Counted from the stretch's first letter, positions 16,079-24,639 are shown. The stretch: DNA of 32,000 nucleotides from an uncultured Psychromonas sp. (GCA_963674525.2 CAXXRV010000016.1:12648-44647); one strand, 5' to 3'. Program-made: numbers and translations. The notes: a model not told the origin generated them from the sequence alone.

Positions 16079-16479
16079 GCCAGCATAAGCTTGTTAGAGT
16101 GAGAGACGTTATGGGTAATTCCTATGTCATGATTGATGGAGTTAAAACGGTGGAAGAAGGCATTCAGCTAGCACGAGAGCATGCCGTCAAAGCCTTAGTG
16201 GTGAATAAGCGACATGATAATGATGAATACGGCATCGTTTTAATGAATGATATTGCCAAAAAAGTGTTAGCGCGCAACCATTCCGTTGAGCGCACCAATA
16301 TTTATGAAATCATGACCAAACCGGCTTTATCTGTTGCCCCTGATATGGATGTGAAATATTGCGCGCGTTTATTTGAGCGCTTTGGTGTCAGCCGGGCACC
16401 GGTCATTGAGCATGGTAAGGTTATTGGTATGGTGAGTTACAATAATATTGTGCTCAACGGTATGGCATTGGATGTTTAA
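16075..16479 (+). CDS. CBS-pair domain protein
   Basis: 134 aa consisting of two CBS motifs (VRDVM...V.EG..LA.EH.VKALVV and IYEIMTKPALSV.PDMDV..CARLFERFGVSRAPV...GKVIGMVSY). ATGA overlap with the upstream gene. Confidence 0.8.
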   Translation: MSQHKLVRVRDVMGNSYVMIDGVKTVEEGIQLAREHAVKALVVNKRHDNDEYGIVLMNDIAKKVLARNHSVERTNIYEIMTKPALSVAPDMDVKYCARLFERFGVSRAPVIEHGKVIGMVSYNNIVLNGMALDV

Positions 16480-16515
16480 AACAGTAAAATAAAAAGTTTT
16501 TAGGAGAACCGAAAA

Positions 16516-17061
16516 ATGAAACTGTTTTTTGCTTCGGATCTGCATGGTTCATTGCCGGCAACAGAGCGAATGCTCAAAAAATATAAAGCGTCAGGTGCTG
16601 ATTATCTAGTGCTTTTAGGCGATCTATTGAATCATGGCCCGAGAAACCCGATTCCGCAGGGCTACCAGCCAGCTGCTGTTGCAGAGCTTTTAAATCAATA
16701 CAGCGATCAGATTTTGGCGGTGCGTGGTAACTGTGATAGTGAAGTTGACCAGATGCTGCTTAACTTTCCGATGCTGGAAAGCTATGCCTGGATATTGCTG
16801 GAAAAAGGTCAACGTATCTTTTTAACCCATGGTCATATCTATAATAGTGATAATCGCCCGCCGCTAAAAAGGGGAGATATCATCGCTTATGGGCATACAC
16901 ATATTCCTTTAGCTGAACAAAATGGCGAGCAGTTTATCTATAATCCGGGCTCGATTACTTTTCCTAAAGGGGACTATGTTGCCAGTTACGGATTGTACGA
17001 AGAAGGTCGCTTAAAAGTGCTGTCATTTTCAAATGAAATTTTGCAGCAGGTGAATATTTAA
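16516..17061 (+). CDS. yfcE: YfcE-type metallophosphoesterase (MJ0936 family)
   Basis: Near-collinear with E. coli YfcE as I recall it: FASDLHGSLPATER, LGDLLNHGPRN, RGNCDSEVDQMLL, LTHGH, YGHTHIP, NPGS...PKG. Confidence 0.85.
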   Translation: MKLFFASDLHGSLPATERMLKKYKASGADYLVLLGDLLNHGPRNPIPQGYQPAAVAELLNQYSDQILAVRGNCDSEVDQMLLNFPMLESYAWILLEKGQRIFLTHGHIYNSDNRPPLKRGDIIAYGHTHIPLAEQNGEQFIYNPGSITFPKGDYVASYGLYEEGRLKVLSFSNEILQQVNI

Positions 17062-17118
17062 ATAAACTATGCTATGAGTAGTGGTTTGTTGTAGCAGTGC
17101 AAAGTAAAGGAGTAGCGC

Positions 17119-17850
17119 ATGAATACCATCTTTAAACTATGTCTTATAGCGCCGCTACTCTTTGCCATTGCAGCAACCAGCCAGGCTGGCGAACTGGTCG
17201 CGCATAAAGCAAGTTATACAGCAAAACTAAAAAAAGGTATCAGCATTCAAGGTGAAGCTGTACGGGAGCTGAAACAATCAGAAAACGGACAATGGTTATA
17301 CAGCTTTAAGGTAAGATCCTTTTTCGCCGATATCGATGAATCAACACGCCTTTCCTGGCAGGACAATAAAGTGCTGCCGCATTCATATAACTACAAACTT
17401 TCTGCTCCTTTAACGCGGGATAGACGAAAGAAAGTTAATTTTGACTGGGACAACATGATTGCCCTCAACCCGCTGCAAAAGAAAGGATGGACAATTACCG
17501 ATATTCCGGAAAATACTCTTGATAGATTAGGTTTTCAGCTGCAGTTAGCGATGGATCTGCAAGCAGGTCAGCAGAATATGCGCTATGCTGTGGCAGATAA
17601 AGGGAAAATAAGAGAAAACCGTTTTCGGGTAACAGGGGAAGAAATAATTAAGACTGCCCTGGGAGTCATAGCCTGTATCAGCGTTGAAAAAGTACGTGAC
17701 AAAGACAAAAAACGGCAAACGACCATGTGGTTCTCGAAACAATACCCGTTTTTATTATTAAGAATGCTGCAAGTCGAAAAAGATGGCGAGCAATACGAAA
17801 TTAATATTAATGCAGCTAGCATTAATAATAAAAGCATTACTTTTAATTAA
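17119..17850 (+). CDS. Periplasmic or outer-membrane DUF3108-like protein
   Basis: Signal peptide ending SQA. Pattern Y.A..KG..I.GEA...L......W.Y......F.....E.S....D....P..Y.......R.....FDW, then the D.L..QLQL motif. Confidence 0.55.
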   Translation: MNTIFKLCLIAPLLFAIAATSQAGELVAHKASYTAKLKKGISIQGEAVRELKQSENGQWLYSFKVRSFFADIDESTRLSWQDNKVLPHSYNYKLSAPLTRDRRKKVNFDWDNMIALNPLQKKGWTITDIPENTLDRLGFQLQLAMDLQAGQQNMRYAVADKGKIRENRFRVTGEEIIKTALGVIACISVEKVRDKDKKRQTTMWFSKQYPFLLLRMLQVEKDGEQYEININAASINNKSITFN

Positions 17851-17985
17851 CGCTTTTGCAACGAGAATAATAACGGCAATATGATGCTATCAAGCGATGC
17901 CTCCTGCCGCCCTGAAATAGGAGATTCCGCTATACTCAATATAATGAGAGCGAAAACTGTGCTTATAGAGTAACCGGAGCCGGAT

Positions 17986-18261
17986 ATGGTCTTAGTCAAA
18001 CGTTTAATGCTGGATATTCTCAAACCTCATCAACCCCGAGCATTAGAGTTTTGCTCTAAACTTGCTGAAGTCGGTGATGATTATGCGGTCAGTTTAACTG
18101 TGCGCGGCGTTGATGAGAAAACCGAAACTGTTGCCGTGTGTATTGAAGGTTATGATCTCAACTTTGCCGCAATACAATCTGCTATTTCCGATATGAGCAG
18201 TTCGCTGCATAGTGTAGATGAAGTGGAGGTGCGTAATGAGCGGAGTAAAAACGCCGAATAA
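17986..18261 (+). CDS. DUF211 (COG1888) family small protein
   Basis: RLMLDILKPHQP....F...L.....D..V.L.V..VDEKTETV.V.IEG.DL.F..I...I....SSLHSVDEV matches the DUF211 pattern as I recall it. Confidence 0.6.
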   Translation: MVLVKRLMLDILKPHQPRALEFCSKLAEVGDDYAVSLTVRGVDEKTETVAVCIEGYDLNFAAIQSAISDMSSSLHSVDEVEVRNERSKNAE

Positions 18262-18302
18262 CCCGTCGTTTTATCATTAACAGCAGCTTAAAGGAGTAGC
18301 AT

Positions 18303-18889
18303 GTGCTGAAACCCTTTACGCAAATCCATTTTTATCTGCAAATTACCCATTCTCAGGGAATAATACGGCGTTACTTTGTGGTTAATGGTTTCGATGGCGC
18401 GCTGACTATGCTCGGACTGATTATTGGTTTTCTGTTTAGTCCTCCTTCCAGTTTACAAATTATGATCAATGCCTGTATGGGCGCAACCATTGCCTTAGCC
18501 GTAAGCGGTACCAGCAGTGCTTTTGTCAGCGAACAGGCAGAGTTGCGTCTGGCTTTGAGCAACCTTGAGGATGCCATGATTACTGAGCTGCACAAAGGAG
18601 CCCATGCAGAAGCAACGCGCTGGGTGCCGCTTCTTATCGCGTTGGTCAATGGCTCAGCCCCGCTGATTATTGCATTGCTGATCATCGCGCCCTTATGGCT
18701 GGCGATGCAGGGGCTTACATTTATTCTTTCGCCGCTATACTGTGCCATTTGCATTGCCATCGTTATTATTTTTCTTTTGGTGTTTTCCTTGGCCGGCTAT
18801 CCGGCGTAACCTGGTTAATCGGCGGCTTTAAAACCTTGCTGATTGCAGCACTGACCATTGCTTTGATCTACTTATTAACCATTCAATAA
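18303..18889 (+). pseudogene. VIT1/CCC1-like (TIGR00267-type) membrane protein interrupted by a frameshift in a T-rich run near 18765-18782
   Basis: The frame-0 ORF (18303-18809) ends VIIFLLVFSLAGYPA*. The overlapping ORF in another frame continues FGVFLGRLSGVTWLIGGFKTLLIAALTIALIYLLTIQ*, which looks like the family's last TM helix. This could be a true pseudogene or a sequencing error. Confidence 0.55.
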
Positions 18890-18907
18890 GGTTATGCACT
18901 GCAGTTG

Positions 18908-20209
18908 TCAATGCTTTACATAGAGCAGCTTGACTTCACCTGGTTGCAGAGTACATTGCAGATACTCCGGTACTTTTTCCATGCGTCGCCTACGGGAAAT
19001 ATCTGTTACCTGACTCGAGCCCATAATGTTATATATGTTTGACTTACGCACGGTGTGCGTGTCACGACTGTCAATATTTGCCAGCAGCATGATCTTTTCC
19101 TGCCCGTTGCGGCTCTCTTTGGTGAAACCGAGCAGCCCGGCGTTGTTCAGCGGCAGCATGTTTAAGCCATTATCCTCCTGAAGAATATTATAGCTGGCCT
19201 TGATAGTGTTGATTTCGCCAATCTCAGCGGAAATATCATAGTAAACCGGCTCCCACCATGAAGGGTTGGCATGGACAACGTGGATCTGGCGGCGAAAGCC
19301 GTATTCAAAGCCGATCGTAGTGGAAATGCTGGAGCAGAGATAGGCTCCTAATTCGTAGCGCAACAGCGCTTGCCGGTGATTGCCGGAAAATTCATCGGCG
19401 CAGCGGATAGTGTCATGATTCTCCGGGAAAGAGATGGAAGGGGCATGACGACTGTATTCACCGTGCTGATCCAGAAACCACTGCTCTTTTAAGTTCCACC
19501 ATCTAAAGCTGTTGGTAATAAAATCGAAACCGGCTTCAGCAATCTCAATAACCTGCTGTGATGAACAGCCCAGCGTTTCCCCTAAAAATACAGCATCAGG
19601 GTATTTTTCTTTAATGCGCGGAATAAGAAACTGCCATAGCTCGGCTGGAACATGGTAGGCCGCATCGCAGCGGAATCCACGAATCCCCAGATCCATATAA
19701 AAGAGCATCATCTCCAGCCAGTAGTGCCAGAGATTATCTCTGTCACTGGAGTTAGCGTTGTTAATTTGAGCCAGATCTTTCCACTCTATCCATTTATCAC
19801 CGTCCAGTGCACCGGGGTGTTTCAGTTTGCCTGCTTGATCGCGTTCGTACCATTCCGGGTGTTCATGGCTGAGCGGTGAATCAAAAGCGGTGTGGTTGAT
19901 CACCAGATCCATCATAATCTTCATGCCGCGCTTGCCGGCCTCCTGGCAGACTTTGCGCAGCAGCTTATTGCCTGTCTCGACATGCGCTTCCGGATTTTCA
20001 AAGTCCAATTGTCCTGTTATATACAGGGGGTGGTAGTGATAATGATTTCTTATCGCGTAATCTGAGCCGGAAAAGCCCGGGTAATGGATAGGATTGATAT
20101 AGATCCAGTCAAAGTTCATGGCTTGAATCCGGTCAAAATGCTTGATCCACATATCCATCGAGCCAACAAGCTTAGGGTATAAATTATAAGCGCGTATGCC
20201 TTTAGCCAT
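18908..20209 (-). CDS. GH13 alpha-amylase-family enzyme with a GlgE-like catalytic core
   Basis: GH13 catalytic regions GIRGFRCDAAYHVP (nucleophile Asp), VFLGETLG (acid/base Glu) and FPENHD, plus HPEWY. GGAGG lies 7 nt upstream of the ATG. Confidence 0.8.
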   Translation of the reverse strand: MAKGIRAYNLYPKLVGSMDMWIKHFDRIQAMNFDWIYINPIHYPGFSGSDYAIRNHYHYHPLYITGQLDFENPEAHVETGNKLLRKVCQEAGKRGMKIMMDLVINHTAFDSPLSHEHPEWYERDQAGKLKHPGALDGDKWIEWKDLAQINNANSSDRDNLWHYWLEMMLFYMDLGIRGFRCDAAYHVPAELWQFLIPRIKEKYPDAVFLGETLGCSSQQVIEIAEAGFDFITNSFRWWNLKEQWFLDQHGEYSRHAPSISFPENHDTIRCADEFSGNHRQALLRYELGAYLCSSISTTIGFEYGFRRQIHVVHANPSWWEPVYYDISAEIGEINTIKASYNILQEDNGLNMLPLNNAGLLGFTKESRNGQEKIMLLANIDSRDTHTVRKSNIYNIMGSSQVTDISRRRRMEKVPEYLQCTLQPGEVKLLYVKH

Positions 20210-20585
20210 TACTTTACCTCCGTGTAAATCGTTCTCTTAAGTTGGTGCAGCCGGATTGAGAGATACTGAACAGTTATTTTTTCTTGAAAATAACATAAAC
20301 TTTTTTAGGTTATTGAGTTAAATTATTTTTTTTTGATGCTACGAGCAGTTTTAGCTGTTTGTATTATAAATCTATTGACAATCAGTGCGCTGGGTTACTC
20401 ACGACCTGCATCTTAACTCTCTCTTTATTAATGACTTATTCTTCTTATTTGTTTTCTAGATGATTAAATGACATTTAAATTCACAAATGCACTGTGGGTA
20501 GCAGTGTTTGTCGTACTATTCTTTAAGAAAGGTTTTCGGTCATAGAAAGTGTCGTTAACCAATTTGCGCATTTTAGGGGGTAAAC

Positions 20586-21929
20586 ATGTTATTTAAATGC
20601 CATCTATTAGTACTGGTTATGTTTCTCCTCTCTGCCTGTGAAGAAAGCACTCCTTCGACAGTGACTGTGCTGCCGAATAGTAATGATGTCGAGGCCGACT
20701 TTGCTGCGATAACTGCACGTGTCAGTGTGGCCAGTGACGGTACGCAAAGCAATGCGCACAGTTGGGCGCCTGTTATCAGTGGCGATGGCCGCTATGTCGC
20801 CTTTACTTCCCGGGCCACTAATCTGGCGACAAAGGAGACGGACAGTCATGGCGGTATCTTTGTATATGATCGCCAGACAGGCAGTAGCGAATGTGTCACT
20901 GTCTCCGGTATGACGCCAGCTATCAGTGACGACGGCCGTTATCTGGCATTTGCTAGCTCTGCGGACGATCTTGTTGTTGATGATAGCAATGATGAATCTG
21001 ATATCTTTGTTCATGATCGCGATACCGGCAGCAGTGAACGAGTCAGTGTTGCCAGTGATGGTAGTGAAGGCAATAATAGCAGCAGTGATCCTGTCATCAG
21101 TGGTGACGGCCGCTATGTGGCCTTTGCTTCCCGGGCAGATAATCTGGTGGCTGATGATAACAATGGTGAATCTGATATTTTTGTCCATGATCGCGATACA
21201 GGCAGTACAGAGCTTGTCAGTGTCGGCCGTGATGAGGGACAGGGGGATAATGCCAGCTGGTCACCCGCCATCAGCAGCAACGGTCGTTATGTGGCATTTT
21301 ATTCGCAGGCGACCAACCTGGTTGCCGATGATACGAACGGGGCAAAGGACGTATTTGTGTATGATCGCGAAACAGCTATCAGTGAGCGGGTCAGTATCGC
21401 CAGTGATGGCAGCCAGGCTGACTTTTCCAGTTTTGCTCCCTCGATCAGTGACGATGGCCGTTATGTGGCATTTGCATCACAAGCAAGTAACCTGGTGGAT
21501 GCTGATACCAATGGTGTACCTGATATTTTTGTTCATGATCGCGATACGGGGAGCACTGAACTTGTCAGTATCGCCAGTGACGGTATCCAGGGAAACGATT
21601 ATAGTTTTTCGCCGGTGATCAGTGGCGATGGCCGGTATGTGGCATTTGCCTCCGATGCCACGAATCTGGTTGCTGCAGACACTAATGATCTGCAGGATAT
21701 TTTTGTCCATGATCGTGTTAGCGGTACTACGGAGCGTAGCAGTGTCAGCAGCGACGGCAGCCAGAGTAATAATAATCGCGCTGGCATAGAGCCGGCGGTC
21801 AGTGCCGGAGCAGCGATTAGTGATAATGGTCGTTATGTGGCCTTTTACTCCCATGCAATGAATCTGGTTGCCGATGATACGAACGAGCGCAGTGACATTT
21901 TTGTTCGCTCCACAGGCAGCGATAAATAG
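20586..21929 (+). CDS. Lipoprotein with seven TolB/PD40-like beta-propeller repeats
   Basis: Lipobox LLSAC. Seven units of IS-x-DGRYVAF-x-S-x-A-x-NLV-x-DDTN-x-x-x-DIFVHDR-x-TG-x-TE-x-VS-x-ASDG-x-x-x-N. Confidence 0.75.
   Translation: MLFKCHLLVLVMFLLSACEESTPSTVTVLPNSNDVEADFAAITARVSVASDGTQSNAHSWAPVISGDGRYVAFTSRATNLATKETDSHGGIFVYDRQTGSSECVTVSGMTPAISDDGRYLAFASSADDLVVDDSNDESDIFVHDRDTGSSERVSVASDGSEGNNSSSDPVISGDGRYVAFASRADNLVADDNNGESDIFVHDRDTGSTELVSVGRDEGQGDNASWSPAISSNGRYVAFYSQATNLVADDTNGAKDVFVYDRETAISERVSIASDGSQADFSSFAPSISDDGRYVAFASQASNLVDADTNGVPDIFVHDRDTGSTELVSIASDGIQGNDYSFSPVISGDGRYVAFASDATNLVAADTNDLQDIFVHDRVSGTTERSSVSSDGSQSNNNRAGIEPAVSAGAAISDNGRYVAFYSHAMNLVADDTNERSDIFVRSTGSDK
20721..21910 (+). 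repeat. ~174-bp-period coding tandem repeats (propeller blades)
   Basis: Recurrent DNA such as gacggccgttatgtggcatttgc and gatatttttgttcatgatcgcgata(c/a)(c/g)ggcag. Confidence 0.8.
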
Positions 21930-22112
21930 CTTTGTAAAAATTACCCCTGCAAACTGTCTGTATTTGCCGGTTGCGGAGTTGGTTATAATCCCCTCGCTAA
22001 ACAGACTTCGTGCATATTATGGCAATACGAAGTGATAAACCCGAAAGCTGCTCTAAATACAGAGAGCGCAACCTGCACTGGATTTACGATCCAGCCCGCA
22101 AAAGGAAACACC

Positions 22113-23096
22113 ATGACGCAATATGTAGTATGTGCATTGTATAAATTCGTTGCACTGGAAGATTATAAAGCGCTTCGTCAACCCTTGATGGACGTGATGG
22201 AAGAACACCACATTCGCGGCACACTGCTGCTTGCCAGTGAAGGTATTAATGGCACTGTCGCGTCGACCCGAGAAGGCATCGATGCGCTGTTGGCGTGGTT
22301 TAAACAAGACACACGCCTGGCGGATGTGGCCTACAAAGAGTCCTATGATGTTCAGCAGCCGTTTAAGCGCAGCAAAATCAAATTGAAAAAAGAGATTGTA
22401 ACCATGGGCGTCGAAAGTATCGATCCGCGTCATGTGGTGGGCACCTATGTGAAAGCAAAAGATTGGAATGCACTGATTGCCGATCCTGAGGTGCTGGTGG
22501 TGGATACCCGTAACGATTATGAAATTGAAATCGGCACATTTAAAAATGCGCTGAATCCCAATACTGAAACGTTCCGCGAATTCCCTGACTATGTGGAAAA
22601 TAACCTCGATCCGGAAAAACACAAAAAAGTGGCGATGTACTGTACCGGCGGTATTCGTTGTGAAAAATCCACGGCGTATCTCAAAGAGCAGGGTTTTGAT
22701 GAGGTCTATCATCTGCAGGGCGGCATCTTGAAGTATCTGGAAGAAGTGCCTGAAGAAGAGAGCTTGTGGCAGGGCGAATGTTACGTCTTTGATGGCCGGG
22801 TGGCTGTCGATCATCAGCTGGAAAAAGGTCAGTACGCCATGTGTAACGCATGTCGCCTGCCTATTACTGCCGCTGACATGGAGCATCAACAGTTCGAAAA
22901 AGGAGTAAGCTGTCCGCGCTGTTTTGATAAACACAGCAGTGAGCAGAAAGCCCGTTTTCGTGAGCGTGAAAAACAAGTACAACTGGCCGCGGCTCGAGGT
23001 GAGCAGCATGTCGGTGGCGAAGCCAATAAAGTACTTGCCGCCCGCCGTGAAGAAAAACAGGCGCGTAAAGCGCAGCAGCGAAAAACTAAACAATAG
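22113..23096 (+). CDS. trhO: Rhodanese-domain tRNA uridine(34) hydroxylase TrhO (YceA/UPF0176)
   Basis: ALYKF, EGINGT, VVDTRN.YE...G.F.NA and the active-site loop [21 protein letters not shown]. The ATG at 22113 has AAGGAA upstream, and the ORF-track N-terminal extension is unsupported. Confidence 0.85.
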   Translation: MTQYVVCALYKFVALEDYKALRQPLMDVMEEHHIRGTLLLASEGINGTVASTREGIDALLAWFKQDTRLADVAYKESYDVQQPFKRSKIKLKKEIVTMGVESIDPRHVVGTYVKAKDWNALIADPEVLVVDTRNDYEIEIGTFKNALNPNTETFREFPDYVENNLDPEKHKKVAMYCTGGIRCEKSTAYLKEQGFDEVYHLQGGILKYLEEVPEEESLWQGECYVFDGRVAVDHQLEKGQYAMCNACRLPITAADMEHQQFEKGVSCPRCFDKHSSEQKARFREREKQVQLAAARGEQHVGGEANKVLAARREEKQARKAQQRKTKQ

Positions 23097-23352
23097 TTAA
23101 TAGCGCACAACTTACGCAGCCTTAGCCGCTCATGGCAACCAGGCTGCTCATTTTGTTTGCTCAGCAAGCATTTCCTCATTAATCACTCCTATAAACAGCT
23201 TTAGTCAATTACTAACAAACCCGGCGCAGCCATAGCTGAAAAATAACGCTCACCGTTGGCGGTTTTTATTAGCAGAAGTAAGCTATATTTTTAAATAGTT
23301 TGCCTTTAACTTGCTAATATCAACCAGATTAATTAACTGATCTGTTTTTATA

Positions 23353-23413
23353 TTGGAAGTGCGGTTTGAACCGCGCCTTATACCAAGCTGCGCGACTGAA
23401 GTCGCACTTCCAA
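23353..23413. other. 61-nt imperfect hairpin element with alternative local hairpins, 57 nt upstream of the PsiE-like start
   Basis: TTGGAAGTGCG (23353-23363) is the exact reverse complement of CGCACTTCCAA (23403-23413). The internal hairpins GCGG/CCGC (23361-23374) and GCGAC/GTCGC (23392-23405) each overlap the outer stem by 3 nt. Confidence 0.5.
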
Positions 23414-23469
23414 AAGTAGATCACAAACTTAATAATATTGGTATAACGGGCCACGCTGCGGAGAAAAAA

Positions 23470-23898
23470 ATGATAAGCGAAAAAGTAAAAAAGTATTTTG
23501 ATTTAATCGTCGATGCGGTTTTCGGGGTTATTCTGATATTTATTATCCTAGGTATTGCCATTGGAACACTGCAGCTCTTTTTAACAACCTGGAAGCTGCT
23601 TGCTTTCGAGGGGATTACCGGCCACTACATAGACATTATCGCCGATGTGTTGACCTTGTATGTACTGATTGAGCTATCCAAGTCCTTAGTTGAATACTTT
23701 AACTCGCACAAGCTGCGCCTGACATTTATCGTTGATGCTGCCATTGTGTTTGTGTTGCGCGAAATTCTTATTTCACTATTTAAGCATGAAATGCATCCGG
23801 ATATGCTTTATGCATTTTCGGTATTTCTGCTGGTGCTTGGTGCGCTGCGCATAGCCTCAGTGCTTGTCTACCAGCGCGAAAAGGACATCTTAGATTGA
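23470..23898 (+). CDS. PsiE-like (phosphate-starvation-inducible E family) small membrane protein
   Basis: 142 aa with 4 hydrophobic helices. The spacing and motif pattern (Y..L.E....VEYF......L.F.V......VLREI) resemble E. coli PsiE as I recall it. Confidence 0.5.
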   Translation: MISEKVKKYFDLIVDAVFGVILIFIILGIAIGTLQLFLTTWKLLAFEGITGHYIDIIADVLTLYVLIELSKSLVEYFNSHKLRLTFIVDAAIVFVLREILISLFKHEMHPDMLYAFSVFLLVLGALRIASVLVYQREKDILD

Positions 23899-23946
23899 CA
23901 TAAGCCTTTTCCTTTTAGGAAGAGCTGGATGGCAATCATATGTTGG

Positions 23947-24639
23947 TCAACAGCTCTTAAATATCTTTGCATTTTTGACAAGCTCACGAAATAAAGAGCG
24001 CTGGCTTGTCAAATAGAGTAGAAATTCGGGATGCCATTGTACTCCAATCAGAAAAGTCTGGGACGGGTCTTCGATAGCTTGTACGATACCGTCCAAGTCT
24101 CGTCCGGTAACAATTAACCCGTCGCCGACGCGATCGATTCCCTGATTGTGCAGACTGTTTATGCGTGACCGCTTGCGGCCAAAGAGGGTCGCTAACAGGC
24201 TGTCCTGTGTTTCCGGCTCAGTTGCGATACACAGTGTCTTGAGTGGTAGCACAGTCCATCGGTTAGATGTTTTCCGGCGTCGTGATCGCAGCGCTTGATT
24301 CAGCGTGCCACCCTGGCAAACATTAAGCAGTTGTGCACCTCGACAGATGCCGAGCAGGGGGAGTCTCCGAGTAAGAGCATCGTTTATAATGGCAGTTTCC
24401 AGGGTGTCACGTGCGCTATCGTAGTTAGGTTCGACTTCGGGTTCGGCGGCATAGAGCACAGGCTCTACATCATGTCCACCGGTTACCACGACGCCATCGT
24501 ATTGATAGTGGTGTTGCTCATCGCCAGGACGTAATTGCAGTGGACGTCCACCATACAGACGAACTGCCAGGGCGACTAACATACGGGGGCCAAATGAGCC
24601 ATGTTGCGGCCCCGTTATGGCGATTACCGGTCTAGCCAT
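23947..24639 (-). CDS. Class-I glutamine amidotransferase-like thiol peptidase (peptidase C26 / PuuD-like gamma-glutamyl hydrolase family)
   Basis: Nucleophile elbow LLGICRGAQLLNV, NSLHNQ and GVQWHPE (catalytic His/Glu). GGAG upstream of the start. The start lies inside the 3' end of the upstream gene. Confidence 0.8.
   Translation of the reverse strand: MARPVIAITGPQHGSFGPRMLVALAVRLYGGRPLQLRPGDEQHHYQYDGVVVTGGHDVEPVLYAAEPEVEPNYDSARDTLETAIINDALTRRLPLLGICRGAQLLNVCQGGTLNQALRSRRRKTSNRWTVLPLKTLCIATEPETQDSLLATLFGRKRSRINSLHNQGIDRVGDGLIVTGRDLDGIVQAIEDPSQTFLIGVQWHPEFLLYLTSQRSLFRELVKNAKIFKSC

Noticed and set aside
18301-18309. ATG at 18301 with AAGGAG 6 nt upstream, seemingly a better start for the VIT-like gene
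   Set aside because: That frame reads M-C-stop. The long ORF is in frame with the GTG at 18303, which can use the same SD. A second upstream frameshift cannot be excluded, but nothing supports it.
20607-21618. 193-aa minus-strand and 230-aa plus-strand off-frame ORFs inside the propeller-repeat gene
   Set aside because: Both are repeat-generated alternative frames. Only the 20586-21929 frame has a lipoprotein signal, an SD and a coherent PD40-like repeat.
22053-23093. 346-aa ORF covering almost the whole trhO gene on the opposite strand
   Set aside because: The plus-strand product is clearly TrhO/YceA-like ([12 protein letters not shown] and other motifs). The antisense product is a low-complexity F/L/I/R-rich sequence with no motif. 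Such long shadow ORFs occur by chance opposite genes with biased codon usage.
23353-23469. TTG-initiated 39-aa N-terminal extension of the PsiE-like ORF
   Set aside because: The extension is encoded by the hairpin element itself and is non-hydrophobic. The ATG at 23470 starts directly at the first TM helix, as in PsiE-family proteins.
23920-23958. 8-bp inverted repeat (AAGAGCTG / CAGCTCTT) between the PsiE-like gene and the convergent GATase-like gene; considered as a bidirectional terminator
   Set aside because: It has a 23-nt loop and no flanking U-tract on either strand, and one arm lies inside the coding sequence.
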